A stretch of 57,940 nucleotides of DNA from an uncultured archaeon. GTDB taxonomy: Archaea; Iainarchaeota; Iainarchaeia; Iainarchaeales; DTGL01. This document shows, in pieces, positions 9,762 to 17,556 of the stretch. The notes beneath the pieces are model-generated. The model had not been told where the DNA came from, did not search any database, and worked only from the letters and a program-made list of their open reading frames with translations. Within the stretch, counting starts at the first letter, position 1; each line of letters opens with the position of its first letter. The position numbers and the translations under genes were made by a program. The stretch covers positions 1-57,940 of the forward strand of contig CAZKED010000005.1 of NCBI GenBank assembly GCA_964551725.1, in the 5' to 3' direction.

Positions 9762-9883
9762 TCAAACCAGCAAAAATAAGGGATTAATTGGTTAATATAA
9801 TTAACGCTTCGCAAACCCGCGGCATTCCTGTTAGGGAGGGATAGGTTTATTAATGATGGAATTGTTATAGGGAATGTGGTTTT

Positions 9884-10069
9884 ATGGGAATGACTGTGTG
9901 CCCGAAATGCGGTTCTTCCAATATTGATAACACTGGGCATATGACTGGCAGGGGAAGAGTTATTTACTACCCCGGCAGTGCTAAAGTGCTTGCAAGAGGA
10001 AACCAAATAATTGCCTGCTCATGCAATGACTGCGGCTACATTGAGCTGTACAAAGAAATAAAGAAATAA
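9884..10069 (+). CDS. Small Zn-ribbon protein (DUF2082-like)
   Basis: CPKCGS ... CNDCGYIELY motif pair; start may be ATG 9890. Confidence 0.75.
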   Translation: MGMTVCPKCGSSNIDNTGHMTGRGRVIYYPGSAKVLARGNQIIACSCNDCGYIELYKEIKK

Positions 10070-10192
10070 AACAACGCAGCAGTCCGCTGCCAGTTTTCGG
10101 CAGGTTTTTCATAATTCATACAAACAAAGAAGAAAAAAATAGAGCGCGCCAGCAAGCAGCCAAGAAAAACTTCAGTGCAGAAAAAAGAAAAG

Positions 10193-10323
10193 TGAGCCCG
10201 GCGGGATTCGAACCCGCGACACCCAGGTCTCACCCGGCTTAAGCCCTAAGAGCGTCACCCCAAAATTCCCACAACGAACATAAGAAAATTGGTCTGGTGC
10301 TCTGCCGACTGAGCTACGGGCCC
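10193..10323 (-). tRNA. tRNA-Lys(CTT) with two introns: 40 nt at 30/31 (10254-10293) and 18 nt at 37/38 (10229-10246)
   Basis: Removing both gives a 73-nt cloverleaf with anticodon arm CCAGG-CTCTTAA-CCTGG. Intron 1 forms a strict BHB (CACC/GGTG central helix, AG|A and AC|G bulges). Intron 2 forms a relaxed BHB. Confidence 0.88.
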
Positions 10324-10406
10324 GCTAGCATTCTTACTATTAAATTGCACAGCATAATTTAAAAAGGATTTCCAAAAACCGCTTTCCCCTGCCTGTTTTC
10401 TTTTTC

Positions 10407-10568
10407 CTATTTCGGTCTGCGCGTGAACCTTGAAATCCAGCCGGGTCTTTTTCTCGGCGGCTTCCTGTCAATTCTTTCACCCGCCTTGTTCGCCTGCTGT
10501 TTAACCTGGCGCCCTTCCCTTTCGATTGAGCTTTGCCTTCTCCTGCCTCCGGGAATCCTTAAGTTCAT
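10407..10568 (-). CDS. Small Arg/Lys-rich hypothetical protein (53 aa)
   Basis: ATG at 10568 preceded by GGAGG, 22 nt downstream of tRNA-Pro(TGG); MNLRIPGGRRRQ...RFTRRPK. Confidence 0.5.
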   Translation of the reverse strand: MNLRIPGGRRRQSSIEREGRQVKQQANKAGERIDRKPPRKRPGWISRFTRRPK

Positions 10569-10589
10569 TTCTTCTGCCTCCTGCAAAAG

Positions 10590-10663
10590 CGGGGCCGCCG
10601 AGATTTGAACTCGAGTCGCGAGCTCCCAAAGCTCGTATGCTGGCCAGACTACACCACGGCCCC
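10590..10663 (-). tRNA. tRNA-Pro(TGG)
   Basis: GGGGCCG/CGGCCCC acceptor, anticodon arm CGAGC-TTTGGGA-GCTCG, T arm TCGAG-TTCAAAT-CTCGG. Confidence 0.95.
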
Positions 10664-10736
10664 ATGCCGGATTATTGAACCCCAATCATTTTTTCTTTTC
10701 GCGTTTCTTTTCACAAATTTTTTCTTTTCGCAACTC

Positions 10737-10819
10737 CCAATTTGAGCTTTGCTCAAATGGGCGCCAAAAAATCTTTTGATTTTTTGAGCGTACCTTTTCT
10801 TTTTCCTAAAAAGAAAAGG
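10737..10819. repeat. Three tandem hairpins 5' of tRNA-Pro(TGG), related to the 5570-5604 element
   Basis: ATTTGAGC-TTT-GCTCAAAT, CAAAAAATC-TTTT-GATTTTTTG, CCTTTTCTTTTT-CCT-AAAAAGAAAAGG. Confidence 0.8.
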
Positions 10820-11041
10820 CAGGGCTGCACCACGGTCCCACGCTTTCGCGGTTAAGTAATTGTGCAGGGGTTAAATTTAAAATTAGCGGCAGGGCGGCGT
10901 AAATGCCGCCCCTTTGCTCTCAACACTTTTATAATTCCCCGAGAAAGTTGTTTTAAACCTTTTTCGTCTTTCCGCGCTACCTTCCCCGCGCCAATCGGGA
11001 AGGTTTTTTAACCACTTCAGCGCTTTTTTAAATGGTTCAAA

Positions 11042-12871
11042 ATGCTTTTCTCCAGAATAGCGGAAACGTTCGAGCGCGTTGAAGCCGCAAGCTCGCGCAT
11101 TAAAATGACAGGCATTCTAGCCGAACTTTTCGCCGAAGCGGGAAGCAGCGAAATAGCACGCGTTGTCTATTTGTGCCAGGGTCAGTTGGGCCCGGCTTAC
11201 GAGCGCTTGGAATCCGGAATGGGGGAGAATTTCGTCGTGCAGGCGATTTCGAAAATCACGGGGCACAGCGAGCAGAAGGTGAAAGCATTCTACAAAGAAA
11301 AAGGCGACCTCGGGCTGGTGGCACAGGAACTGGTGCAGCAAAAAAAGCAGAAAAGTTTGTTTGCCGAATCGCTGTCCCTTGAAAAGGTTTTCGGCAATTT
11401 TTTGAGGATTGCCAGAGCGGAAGGAAGGGGTTCGCAGGAAGCAAAGAAAAGACTGCTCGCCGAACTGTTAAACTCTGCTTCGCCCTTGGAGGCAAAGTTT
11501 ATAGTGCGCGTTCCGTTGGAAACACTGCGCTTGGGCGCGGGCGATCCCACAATAATGGATGCTCTCGCGGAGAACCACTTGGAGGAGTTCGGGAAGAAGA
11601 ATGCTGCGCTCGTGAAGGCGCTTTCGAAAAAGTATGAAGGCGCGGAACTGCACAGGCAGTTGCGCGCGAAGTTGAGGGAAAGGATTGAGGCAAAGTACAA
11701 CATTCACTCCGACCTGGGTTTCATTGCGGGGAAGCTCAAGGAGAGCGGACTCAAGGCACTTAAAAAAATTGAAATCACTCCCGGTATCCCCATAAGACCG
11801 ACGCTTGCGGAAAGGCTGCCGACTTCAAAAAAAATAGTGGAAAAACTGGGCAAGTGTGCTGTGGAACAAAAAATCGACGGTTTCAGGATGCAGATTCACA
11901 GGGATTCCTCGAAAGTGACAGTGTTTTCCCGCCGAATGGAGGACATGACGGAGATGTTTCCCGAAGTCGTCAGCGCGGTAAAAAAGCAGGTCAGGGCAAA
12001 GCGCGCTATATTCGAGGGGGAAGCGGTTGCCTACAACGAGGAAGCCGAGCAGTTTTACCCTTTCCAGGTAACGATTCAGAGAAAGCGCAAGTACGGCGTG
12101 GAGGAATTTTCGCGGAAATTTCCCCTGAAACTGTTCCTCTTTGACCTCATGTTTTTGGAGGGCAGGAATTTGATGCAGTTGCCTTTCCGCGAGAGAAGGA
12201 AAAAACTGAAAGGCATTATTGGAAAGGGAAAGGCAATTGCTTTGACCAAACAGATTGTTACAGGCGAGGTTGAAAAAATAAACAGGTTTTTCGAGGAAAG
12301 CGTTGAAGCCGGACTGGAGGGAATCATTGCAAAGGACTTGGACGCGAAATACATTGCCGGAGCGCGCAAATTTGCCTGGATTAAACTCAAGCGCTCTTAC
12401 AGGGGCGAGCTCAGTGACAGCGTGGACGCGGTGATAATCGGCTACTATAAAGGCAGGGGTCAGCGCACCAAATTCGGTCTGGGCACACTGCTCGTCGCAG
12501 CCTACAACGACGAAAAGGACCGCTTTGAATCGGTTGCAAAGATTGGAACGGGAATGAGTGAAAAGCAGTTGTCCGAGTTGGAGAATGCCCTCAGCAGAAC
12601 CAGGGTGCAGAAAAAGCCCGCGAGAGTGGAATCCGGTCTTGAGCCAGATGTATGGGTTGACCCCAAGTACGTTATTGAGGTCAGGGCGGATGAAATAACC
12701 AAGAGCCCGGTGCATTCGTGTGCCCGCGATGAAATGGGCGAGGGTTTGGCTTTGCGGTTTCCGAGAATGGTTCAGTTGCGTTCCGATCGCGCGCCAGAAC
12801 AGGCTACTACGACCTCTGAAATAATAAGGATGTTCGGGCAGCAGGGGAAGGTTTCAACGGAGGCGGAGTGA
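11042..12871 (+). CDS. lig: ATP-dependent DNA ligase
   Basis: Motif I EQKIDGFR, FEGEAVA, LFLFDLMFL, GLEGIIAK, WIKLK, LRFPRMVQLRSDR. Confidence 0.97.
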   Translation: MLFSRIAETFERVEAASSRIKMTGILAELFAEAGSSEIARVVYLCQGQLGPAYERLESGMGENFVVQAISKITGHSEQKVKAFYKEKGDLGLVAQELVQQKKQKSLFAESLSLEKVFGNFLRIARAEGRGSQEAKKRLLAELLNSASPLEAKFIVRVPLETLRLGAGDPTIMDALAENHLEEFGKKNAALVKALSKKYEGAELHRQLRAKLRERIEAKYNIHSDLGFIAGKLKESGLKALKKIEITPGIPIRPTLAERLPTSKKIVEKLGKCAVEQKIDGFRMQIHRDSSKVTVFSRRMEDMTEMFPEVVSAVKKQVRAKRAIFEGEAVAYNEEAEQFYPFQVTIQRKRKYGVEEFSRKFPLKLFLFDLMFLEGRNLMQLPFRERRKKLKGIIGKGKAIALTKQIVTGEVEKINRFFEESVEAGLEGIIAKDLDAKYIAGARKFAWIKLKRSYRGELSDSVDAVIIGYYKGRGQRTKFGLGTLLVAAYNDEKDRFESVAKIGTGMSEKQLSELENALSRTRVQKKPARVESGLEPDVWVDPKYVIEVRADEITKSPVHSCARDEMGEGLALRFPRMVQLRSDRAPEQATTTSEIIRMFGQQGKVSTEAE

Positions 12872-13105
12872 ATGCTTGGAAGGAAACTGAGGTTTTTGGA
12901 AAAAGTGATTATTTTTGTTCTGTCTTTTGCCGCGGTTCTATTTTTCGGCGTGGTTTTCAGGATTTGGAACATTGAATGGACATTCTATCTGTTCCGCGCG
13001 GAGAAATGGGTTGAGCTTGTTTTCGTGCTTGCGGTTGCAACAGGCATTACACTGCTGTTGGTCAAGCTCTTGCAGTGGGAGTTCCGTTTCGAGCGCACTC
13101 ATTAG
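12872..13105 (+). CDS. Small hypothetical membrane protein (2 TM)
   Basis: 77-aa ORF abutting the lig stop; two hydrophobic helices. Confidence 0.7.
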   Translation: MLGRKLRFLEKVIIFVLSFAAVLFFGVVFRIWNIEWTFYLFRAEKWVELVFVLAVATGITLLLVKLLQWEFRFERTH

Positions 13106-13779
13106 CAAAGCGTGGCTTTTTTCACGCGGAGTTCGCCTCTCGCGCCGTCCCACTCCTTTTCCGCTTTCTCTATTCCAATCCTTTTATTGAAAAGCGGCGC
13201 GTTGACGACAAGCGTTTCCAGTTCGCCGCCCTCGCCCGCCAGTGAGAGCCCGAACTTTTCCCTGAGCGCGGCGAGATCGCCCAACGCTGCCCCATCCAGT
13301 TTTCTTCCGAGCCATCTTTCGTCCAGCCCAGCGGCGTAAACGCCCACGATGATTATTTCCATTTTTTCTGCCAGCATTTCCTCCAGCAGTTTTTCCTCGT
13401 CGCGGTGCCAGAGCGGGGCAATCGATTTTAAGCCCAGCCCCGAGGCAATGCTGTCCACTCTTTTCTTCTGGTAATTGGATGCTATTGCGCCGCTGACCAC
13501 TCCTTTTATGCCGGCGCTTTTTTTGAGGTCCGAGAGTATTTCTCTTAGGACGCCGAGTTCTTTTTCCTTTCCCTCGCTTGTTTCCCCTATGACCAGCGGC
13601 AGGTTCATTGCTTTTGCCGAAAGTTCCGTCAGCGCAATGTTTGGCAGGTGGTACATGTACGAGTCTTTTGCAAGCGAGCGGATTGTTACGAGGCATTCGA
13701 TGGAATGCCCTGTCTGCAGCGCGCGGTGTAACGCTAACACCGAATCCTTGCCCCCGCTGAATAATGCAGCGCAATTCAT
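13102..13779 (-). CDS. dph6: Diphthine--ammonia ligase (PP-loop ATPase, Dph6 family)
   Basis: LFSGGKDS PP-loop, SYMYH, GAIASNYQ, APLW, GEGGELET. Confidence 0.9.
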   Translation of the reverse strand: MNCAALFSGGKDSVLALHRALQTGHSIECLVTIRSLAKDSYMYHLPNIALTELSAKAMNLPLVIGETSEGKEKELGVLREILSDLKKSAGIKGVVSGAIASNYQKKRVDSIASGLGLKSIAPLWHRDEEKLLEEMLAEKMEIIIVGVYAAGLDERWLGRKLDGAALGDLAALREKFGLSLAGEGGELETLVVNAPLFNKRIGIEKAEKEWDGARGELRVKKATLC

Positions 13780-13842
13780 ACCAATGCAGGGGAAGGATTT
13801 AATTAAAAAGATTTATTGCCTCTTTCTTTCAGCGGTGGGTTT

Positions 13843-15159
13843 ATGTTGAGGGAATTTCTGAAAAAGCATTCGCTGGAATACGGGGATGTTATCTCGCTGG
13901 AGTTCGAGGGAAGGCAGTTCAGGGGCACTGTGCTGCCGGACAGCAATCCAAGCACGCTGGTGCTCAAACTGGAGAACGGTTACAATTCCGGCTTTGACCT
14001 CGGGCTGGTCGGGAAAGTGAGAAAGCTCGGGTCGGGGAAGGGCGTCAGCAAGGAAATGGAAGTGAAGGTAAAGACCCTGTCCGGACTGCCCAGGGTAAGC
14101 ATTCTCGGAATGGGGGGCACTGTCACAAGCCGCGTAAACTATGAAATCGGCGGAGTGATAACGGATTTCACTCCCGCTGAATTGCTGTCCAAGTTTCCCG
14201 AACTTGCGAAAATAGCCCGAACTGCCCCGGTGCTTGTCGAGAACATAATGTCGGAGGACGTTTTGTACTCGCATTACTCTAAGTTAGCCCGCGCAATAAA
14301 AAAAGAAATCGATTCCGGTGCGGACGGCGTGATTGTAACGCACGGCACGGACACAATGCATTATACTGCTGCGGCGGTTTCCTTCATTTTTTCCGCGCTG
14401 CCTGTTCCCGTGCTCTTTGTGGGCTCGCAGAGGAGCAGCGACAGACCGAGTTCCGATGCAGCGGACAATCTGCTCAACGCTGTATACTTTATTGCCAACA
14501 GCGATTGGACCGGTGTTGCATTGTGCATGCACAATTCAACCAACGATAACGTTTCCGCGATTCTTCCCGGCACGCGCACCCGCAAGATGCATACCTCGCG
14601 CAGGGATGCGTTCAAGGCAATTGACTCAGAGCTGATAGCGCTCGTGAATTTCAAGGAGGAAAAAATCGAATTCCTCTCGAAGGAGCGCGCCAGAAAAAAG
14701 AAGGGCGGCAAATTCGTGCTGAAAGACAGGTTTGAGGAAAGAGTGGGAATGCTTTACTCGCATCCCGTCATTCTGCCGGAGCAGATTGAATTCTTCCGCA
14801 AGAACAAATACAAGGGTCTGGTGTTGATGGCCACAGGCATTGGGCACATGCCGATTAACACGAAGGGCACTGAAAAAAACCGCAAGGCGCTCAAGGCACT
14901 GATTGATTCCGGCTGCATTGTTTGCGTTACATCACAATGCCTTTACGGCAGAGTGCACGAGAACATTTACACGAACGCCCGCAGGCTCCATGAGCTGGGC
15001 ACAGTATTCCTCAATGACATGCTTCCCGAAACAGCGTTCATAAAGCTCGCCTGGCTTTTGGGCAATGAGCCCAAGCGCGCCGCTGAATTGATGCCCGAAA
15101 ATTTGCGCGGCGAATTGTCGGAGAGAAGGCTCGGGGGGGAGTTTAAGCCGGGAAAGTAG
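13843..15159 (+). CDS. gatD: Glutamyl-tRNA(Gln) amidotransferase subunit D
   Basis: N-terminal KLENGYNSG domain, GGTVTSRVNY, HGTDTMHY, GSQRSSDRPSSD, HTSRRDAF; ATG 13843 preferred over 13816. Confidence 0.93.
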   Translation: MLREFLKKHSLEYGDVISLEFEGRQFRGTVLPDSNPSTLVLKLENGYNSGFDLGLVGKVRKLGSGKGVSKEMEVKVKTLSGLPRVSILGMGGTVTSRVNYEIGGVITDFTPAELLSKFPELAKIARTAPVLVENIMSEDVLYSHYSKLARAIKKEIDSGADGVIVTHGTDTMHYTAAAVSFIFSALPVPVLFVGSQRSSDRPSSDAADNLLNAVYFIANSDWTGVALCMHNSTNDNVSAILPGTRTRKMHTSRRDAFKAIDSELIALVNFKEEKIEFLSKERARKKKGGKFVLKDRFEERVGMLYSHPVILPEQIEFFRKNKYKGLVLMATGIGHMPINTKGTEKNRKALKALIDSGCIVCVTSQCLYGRVHENIYTNARRLHELGTVFLNDMLPETAFIKLAWLLGNEPKRAAELMPENLRGELSERRLGGEFKPGK

Positions 15160-15181
15160 CCAACAGCAAAGGATAAATAGA

Positions 15182-15231
15182 TTAAATGGTATTATTTATT
15201 TATAATAGGTTAAATGGTATTATTTATTTAT
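15182..15231 (+). repeat. 22-bp tandem direct repeat
   Basis: TTAAATGGTATTATTTATTTAT at 15182-15203 and 15210-15231, separated by AATAGG. Confidence 0.85.
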
Positions 15232-15916
15232 GCCCAACCTTTCAAGGTTCAACCCGTTTAGATACTTTCATCCTCGGCGAAAGAAAAAAGGGATTTCCGC
15301 AGTGGACTTGGGGTCCGAGGATACTTTTGGTGAGATAAGGAGATTTTCCGAAAAACCAGGGAGGGCGCTTGAAGGAGTCAGCCTTTCTTTTGCGGGTGTT
15401 CCAGAGAGAAGTTTAAAGGAGAGAGAAAGGAAAGGCGCTTTGAACTCTGAGAGTAGCATAGCTCTTGTGCCTGCGAGAATCGAGAAAAGAGTTGAGGAAT
15501 ATCCCGCCAACACCATGCCGCATTTCAGAATGAGTTATGTTCTTTCGAGGCTTCCCGCAGAGAGCGTGACGGAATTGTTTGGCTCAAAAAGGGCATTTGC
15601 AAAGATTGCAAGAGAAGTCTACAGAGCGCTTGTGCCTGGAGGCAGGTTCAGAATTGTGGATTTCAGGGATTCCATTGAGAGAACTGTTAGAACCTTGGAG
15701 GAAGCAGGCTTTGAGGTTCGCAGGTGGCCCGCCGATGAATCGGTCTATAAAGATGGAAGACTTCCAACTTATTGGCAGCAGTATTATGCTGACGAGGCAA
15801 AAAAGGAAGTTGAAGAAGAGAATAAGAGGCGAGCCGCGCGCGGGGAAAGTAAAATGATGAAAAAGGAAGAATCAGAAAAATGGCCATGGGTTCTTGTGGC
15901 TGTTAAAAGGAAGTGA
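15230..15916 (+). CDS. Divergent class I SAM-dependent methyltransferase-like protein
   Basis: AVDLGS (motif I-like) and EVYRALVPGGRFRIVD; basic N-terminal extension. Confidence 0.6.
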   Translation: MPNLSRFNPFRYFHPRRKKKGISAVDLGSEDTFGEIRRFSEKPGRALEGVSLSFAGVPERSLKERERKGALNSESSIALVPARIEKRVEEYPANTMPHFRMSYVLSRLPAESVTELFGSKRAFAKIAREVYRALVPGGRFRIVDFRDSIERTVRTLEEAGFEVRRWPADESVYKDGRLPTYWQQYYADEAKKEVEEENKRRAARGESKMMKKEESEKWPWVLVAVKRK

Positions 15917-15967
15917 AAATTGTTCCTCGGTCCGCCCATCAATCCTCATTCTTTCGTCGGATTCATC

Positions 15968-16012
15968 GTCAGCTCTTCATCGGAACAATATCTAATTAAT
16001 ATAAAAGTGTTT
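15968..16012 (+). repeat. Cassette-boundary repeat, copy 1 (truncated/hybrid)
   Basis: GTCAGCTCTTCATCGGAACAATA identical to copies 2 and 3, followed by TCTAATTAATATAAAAGTGTT. Confidence 0.9.
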
Positions 16013-16029
16013 AAAAAAGGGATTTTTTT

Positions 16030-16374
16030 CTATTTTTTCCTGTATTTGAATTTTCTGTCGTATTTTTTGTGGTCCATCCATTCGAGAACAATGCTCACTA
16101 CGATGAGTTTTTGTTTTCCTACGGAATAGATTAGTCTCCATGCGTTTGGAAGGTTGTATTTCCACAGGTTGTCTATTCCGTATTTTTTCCTGTATTCTTT
16201 CGGAATGAGTTTCTTTGAAATTCTTATTCCGCAGAACGCGTTTTCCTCAATGTCCGAAAACGCCCTGGCTAGAAAGTCGTAAAGCTGCTTGTCTTCTGTT
16301 TTGCCTTCCAGTAATTTTGCGAATGCCCTCTTTACTTTGTCATCGGCAAAAATAACATGCGAGGGGAGTTTCAT
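16030..16374 (-). CDS. RelE-like toxin
   Basis: LWKYNLPNAWRLIYSV...VLEWMDHKKY RelE-fold pattern; ATG 16374 overlaps the upstream stop (ATGA). Confidence 0.75.
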   Translation of the reverse strand: MKLPSHVIFADDKVKRAFAKLLEGKTEDKQLYDFLARAFSDIEENAFCGIRISKKLIPKEYRKKYGIDNLWKYNLPNAWRLIYSVGKQKLIVVSIVLEWMDHKKYDRKFKYRKK

Positions 16375-16670
16375 TTCTTTGCCCTCCAGCGCAAATCCGG
16401 TCTTTTCGTGTAATGTTCGACCAGTTTCGGGTTCCAAATCCAGATTATTGCGCCGTCCTTGTCAATTAGAATCTTGCCTGAGTATTCCAGGTAGTCGAGG
16501 ATGAGGTTGAACGTCTGGTACATTGTTTTTTTTGGCAGGCTGCGCCATAATTCCGCTTTTGTCGGGTATTCCTCCGCTTTCTGTATTGCCTCTTCAACCA
16601 TTAAGACAGTGTCAAGCCTCGGATAGCGGAGAATGTTTTTGGGAGCGAAAACCGTTTTGGTTCCAGCCAT
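16371..16670 (-). CDS. Winged-HTH protein, putative antitoxin
   Basis: YPRLDTVLMVE...LWRSLPKKTMYQTFNLILDYLEYSGKI; translationally coupled to the toxin. Confidence 0.7.
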   Translation of the reverse strand: MAGTKTVFAPKNILRYPRLDTVLMVEEAIQKAEEYPTKAELWRSLPKKTMYQTFNLILDYLEYSGKILIDKDGAIIWIWNPKLVEHYTKRPDLRWRAKK

Positions 16671-16680
16671 TTAATCACTG

Positions 16681-16710
16681 TATCAATTGATATAATAAGT
16701 TATTTTAAAC
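16681..16710 (-). promoter_or_regulatory. TA1 promoter with palindromic operator
   Basis: Perfect palindrome TATCAATTGATA (16681-16692) between the TTTAAAAT box (~16702-16709, minus strand) and the ATG. Confidence 0.6.
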
Positions 16711-16729
16711 CTTTCTGCCCGGCGGACAA

Positions 16730-16805
16730 TTTTATATTAATTAGAGTGGATGCAATTAATTGTCAGCTCTTCATCGGAACAATAAATAATGTGCATAAAA
16801 GTGTT
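16730..16805 (+). repeat. Cassette-boundary repeat, copy 2 (76 bp)
   Basis: TTTTATATTAATTAGAGTGG-atgcaa-TTAATTGTCAGCTCTTCATCGGAACAATAAATAATGTGCATAAAAGTGTT. Confidence 0.95.
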
Positions 16806-16854
16806 TTTAAGGGGTTTTGGTTTCGTGCCGGCGCGATTTCTTTTGTTTCAGCGT

Positions 16855-17265
16855 CTAGAGCATTCCGATTTCTTCTTTCATTTCCTTTGTTGTTTTTGTT
16901 TCCACTCTTGCCTGTTTCTTGAATTCCTTGTCGTCGCTCCAGATTATTGTGTTTTCTTTGAGGGCGCATGCGAGGTAGAGCCAGTCTTTCGGGTCCTTGG
17001 AAAGGGATGCGGCTGCCGGCAGGTAGGGCTTTAATTCCCCGTCCTCAACAAAAACAACCTGTTCCAAGAGTTTTTCGCAGAGCGATTGGAATTCAGCAGT
17101 GTTTCCATGGTATTTGTTCTCTAGGTATGAAGCGTATTTCTGGAACTCTTTGAGCAAAAATCGCGGAGCGAAAAGCCTTATCTCCGGAACAAACCAGATT
17201 CTCCGTGTAAGGCTTTTCTTCAATAATGCGGAGAAAAGGATATTGGCATCAACTGTTGCCTTCAT
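16855..17265 (-). CDS. PIN-domain (VapC-like) toxin
   Basis: VDANILFS, LLKE, DPKDW, IWSDDKEF acidic PIN residues. Confidence 0.9.
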   Translation of the reverse strand: MKATVDANILFSALLKKSLTRRIWFVPEIRLFAPRFLLKEFQKYASYLENKYHGNTAEFQSLCEKLLEQVVFVEDGELKPYLPAAASLSKDPKDWLYLACALKENTIIWSDDKEFKKQARVETKTTKEMKEEIGML

Positions 17266-17491
17266 CCAAAAGCCTCTTGGCGTGTTTTGCCATTGACTTG
17301 TCCGCTTTTGTTGAAAGCAGTTCAATGTCCTTTTCTGTCAGTGTGCTTTTTTTCGCCAGTTTTTCGGCTGTTTCAAAGTCGTGCAGTTTCTTTTCGATCA
17401 TTGTGCGGATTGCGTTAGACCATCGAACCTCCGGATGCTGCTTCATTTTCTGCTTTGTCACGTCGCTTACGGAAAGGGTAATATTGGGCAT
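17249..17491 (-). CDS. Ribbon-helix-helix antitoxin
   Basis: MPNITLSV...KMKQHPEVRWSNAIRTMIEKKL; overlaps the PIN start by 17 nt. Confidence 0.8.
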   Translation of the reverse strand: MPNITLSVSDVTKQKMKQHPEVRWSNAIRTMIEKKLHDFETAEKLAKKSTLTEKDIELLSTKADKSMAKHAKRLLDEGNS

Positions 17492-17498
17492 AACAAAT

Positions 17499-17532
17499 CA
17501 CATAATTATTATGTGCCAATACTTATTTTAAA
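17499..17532 (-). promoter_or_regulatory. TA2 promoter with inverted-repeat operator
   Basis: CACATAA-TTA-TTATGTG (17499-17515) downstream of a TTTAAAAT box. Confidence 0.6.
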
Positions 17533-17556
17533 TGTATTGTTTGGGCATTACTGGGG

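Noticed and set aside
10193-10323. Single long intron, or Ile(TAT)/Leu(TAA/TAG) identity for this tRNA
   Set aside because: Those readings leave an A31-C39 mismatch and no BHB. The two-intron Lys(CTT) model gives a perfect anticodon stem and a strict BHB.
10407-10685. 92-aa ORF as given in the track
   Set aside because: Its 5' part runs through tRNA-Pro(TGG); only the portion from ATG 10568 with an RBS is plausible.
10892-10911. GGGCGGC-GTAAAT-GCCGCCC hairpin as part of SRP or RNase P RNA
   Set aside because: No conserved SRP helix 8 or RNase P CR motifs around it; isolated small hairpin.
16730-16805. Canonical integron attC or Xer dif site
   Set aside because: No RYYYAAC...GTTRRRY ends on either strand. 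The arms around the 6-bp variable segment are not the ATAA-N6-TTAT inverted pair of dif, although ATAA-TGTGCA-T loosely resembles it. Kept only as an analogy.
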